Source: Vitrella brassicaformis CCMP3155
Taxonomy: Eukaryota; Protista; Chromerida
Direction: 5' to 3'
Assembly: GCA_001179505.1 (NCBI GenBank)
Contig: CDMY01000217.1
Coordinates: forward strand, 100,152-164,151
Length of the DNA stretch: 64,000 nucleotides
Of this stretch, positions 61,521-64,000 are shown piece after piece. The position numbers and the translations under genes are program-made. The notes under the pieces were generated by a model. It did not search any database. It worked only from the letters and a program-made list of their open reading frames with translations, and had not been told where the DNA came from. Every line of letters starts with the position of its first letter. Position 1 is the stretch's first letter.

Positions 61521-62036
61521 GTATGCAGAGAATGCATGTGTGTGCCGCGAGTTAACTGACTGACCGTTGCTGACGATCATGCTGGTGTAGGGATACAGCA
61601 CCTCGTCGCCATCACGCTTCTTGTCCTGATGGATTGCATTGCACGGCACCAATCCCGACTCTGCACAGTCGTGTTTTTGTCCTGTGGATGCTCACGTCGT
61701 CGAAGGCGTCGGGCCAGAACTGAATGCCATCTGCCAGGTCCACCTCTGCCGGTTCGTCGGGCCGGTCCTTCTTCTTCTCGGCCGCCTTGACCTCCGCCAA
61801 CACCTCCTTGAGCAGCTTGGCGGCCGCCGCTTTCTCGTCGCCCTTCTCGCGAGCCACGCTCACGCTCGTCTCCACACCAATCGATGCCGAAGGGCGCTTC
61901 TGGAGCACGGAAAGGGGATCTACGCCGAGATTTTTGGCGAAAATGTGGAGCCGGTCCGCTTGTCGTCTTTTGAGAGGCTGCGCAACTCACTCGTCAACAG
62001 CGCAGTCATCGGTGGCCGCAGCAGAGAAGCTCGCAT
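61030..62036 (-). CDS. Hypothetical protein (~220 aa, 6 exons)
   Basis: ..EKGDEKAAAAKLLKEVLAEVKAAEKKKD..FWPDAFDD | SGLVPCNAIHQ..MIVSN | GTSVKDFEKPVNRSKYSPLGG.. | SKGITIKDFVKTLEHCSDPDPLGG..GEP | GFLINMERVATGRYRIIWDESR*. One acceptor needs a GAG; start uncertain. Confidence 0.6.
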
Positions 62037-63101
62037 GTCGAGAAGAGGGAAAGACAGAAGAGGAGAACGACGGTAGTCGGGAGGCGTGGAGCAAGCCTCA
62101 CTGATTGGATTTCCATCGGTGATCTTGCCTTTGGATGGGCCATGATGACACTTGACCGCCTCTCAAGCTGTGGGTGAGCTGCGCAGGCGTATATGTGTGT
62201 GTGCGTATGTTCGTCGGTGTCGATTCGTTCCCCGTCTAGCCGGCTGCCAACACATACCATATCTGTGCGTATGTGTGTGTGTGTGTTTGTTCCTCCGAGG
62301 AGCTCGACAACTCCGTCTGTCTGCCTTTGCCTGTCGGTCGGTGTCAGACGGCTGAGTCGTGCACTCACTGTGTTTGTGTGGACGGACGGACTGCTGGCTC
62401 ACTCACTGACTGACACCTTCATGCGATGCGAGCGGACCACAGTGAAGTGAAGGTGTCATGCAGATGCTCATGTGATTGCGGTGAGGAGTGGGTTGATCCG
62501 CACTATCAGAGACGACCGACATGGGACTGACTGACTTGTGTGTGCAGAATGGGTGAGTGCCAAACAGATCGATCCGCACACACACACAACGCGAACAACG
62601 AGACGGTGCATGGTGGGCTTCTGGCTTCGTCGTGGCCTTCCTGTGTGTGCGCTTCTCTGCTGCCTTCTCCTTTTGGGTGCGCACGCATCGAGGGGAGAGA
62701 GGGTGTCTGATGACAACAGACTCCAGACATGACGCATTATGCGTCATGTCTCTGGAAAACCGAAAGCAGTTCAATCGCTGCAGGCACAGTTGACGCACAG
62801 CGTCAGGTCCGTCTGATTGTACACGCAAATCCATCCATCCATCCATCCATCCAGTTGTCACTAATGTGAGCACACACGCATCACGAAAGTCTCTCTCCGC
62901 GGCCGTATTCACATCACACAGCTGGGTGGCCCCGGCCGCGCAACAGCTATGTACGGTGCTGTCGGGGGTTGTGTCGACCTGACAGACAGACAGCCTGACA
63001 CACACATGCAGACACACAACACACACATGTGCCATGGACAAAGTGACAAACACGACAGTGTCTGTCTCTCTGTCTGTCTGTCTGTCTCTCTCACCCTCTC
63101 A

Positions 63102-64000
63102 TCAGCCAATACGATGTGCCTCTACCACTGTCCACCGAGTTCGCCGAGGATCGGTGATGATAGTGAAGTCGCCGATCTTCAGTTTGTCGGGAAGCAGCTG
63201 TCGAATGGCGCCGTCAAGGTCGTGCAACATCGGCAGCAACACCACCACACGCCTCAGGCCGCGCACGCCAGCATTGAGCAAAGTTGCCAGGCTGTCGCGG
63301 ACGAGCTCGGCAGCAGCAAGGGGCTCCAGCTCATCGGACACTAAATGACGACACACAGACAAGGCGGAAGGACACACAAGTGAGCCGAAAGGCGCATTCA
63401 CTGCCCTCCCGGCCAGCATACCTGAGAAGTCAATGTCTATGTCGCGAATAGCTGGCGATCCTGCCGACCCCCACCCTTCAAAGGGCCCGCGGTGAGCGAG
63501 ACTGATCGGATCCCCTTCCAATGACCCACACGGACAGTGCGCCCCTCCCTCCCCTCCCCCAGCGCCTCCAGGATAAAGCGTCTATCCTCTCTGCTCTCAT
63601 CTTGATCAAAGAGGACGGTCCCGACCTCCCTGGACATCTTCTGCGCCAACAGGCGGCCCGTAGCCCCGCCCAGACCGCTGCAGATCTGCAGCTCCTTGGC
63701 CGCTGGGAACTGCTGCAGGTGTTCGATGATGGCGGGGGCGGGTGAGGGGGTGCCGGGAAGGGGAACGAAGCCACGGGCATTTTTGACCGTCACGATATGT
63801 GCCTTGTCGAATGAAAGGCTCTTCACAATGTCGATCGCCGTCTGGCTGGGGCTGTCGACGGGGTGGGTGAGGTCATGCTGGCTGATGGTGTAGGTCACGT
63901 ACCGCGCCTGCTTCGCCGCCTCCTGGATGGCCGTCTTGATGAAGCGGGATGGGCGAGCGGGGAAGTCATCGGCGTAGAAGAGTGACAGCTCGAAGCTTGC
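63102..64000 (-). pseudogene. 3' part of a lineage-specific (Vitrella-type) protein gene, cut by the window end, with a 1-nt frameshift
   Basis: SFELSLFYADDFPARPSRFIKTAIQEAAKQARYV..ALGEGREGRTVRVG continues in another frame as EGDPISLAHRGPFEGWG..IRDIDIDFS | VSDELEPL..VVEAHRIG* (shift at ~63515-63525). Could be a sequencing error. Confidence 0.6.

Overview
Intron-dense, GC-rich eukaryotic scaffold. Short GT-AG introns full of (AC)n/(GT)n/(GA)n/(GATG)n microsatellites and lineage-expanded gene families point to a chromerid alveolate such as Vitrella brassicaformis (inference, not verified). There are five 300-N placeholder gaps. Genes rebuilt by hand from splice sites: SMYD-type SET methyltransferase, PPR-like protein, NSUN2/Trm4 m5C methyltransferase, Cof-type HAD hydrolase with a bipartite leader, DUF72 protein, truncated PNKP 3'-phosphatase, a RING protein with a C-terminal membrane anchor, F-box-like lineage-specific genes and several hypothetical proteins. 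The 11-47 kb region is a birth-and-death nursery of TLDc domains, with 9 copies: a signal-peptide TLDc gene, a signal-peptide multi-TLDc gene, two RING-TLDc genes and decayed fragments. It is interleaved with 8 copies of an unexplained ~1.1-1.6 kb repeat. This repeat has telo-box palindromes at one end, often sits head-to-head with a neighbouring gene, and carries a fixed-length 27-nt hypervariable cassette inside a near-invariant, potentially structured scaffold plus a second variable slot. The repeat and the unusual TLDc architectures are the best candidates for new biology.
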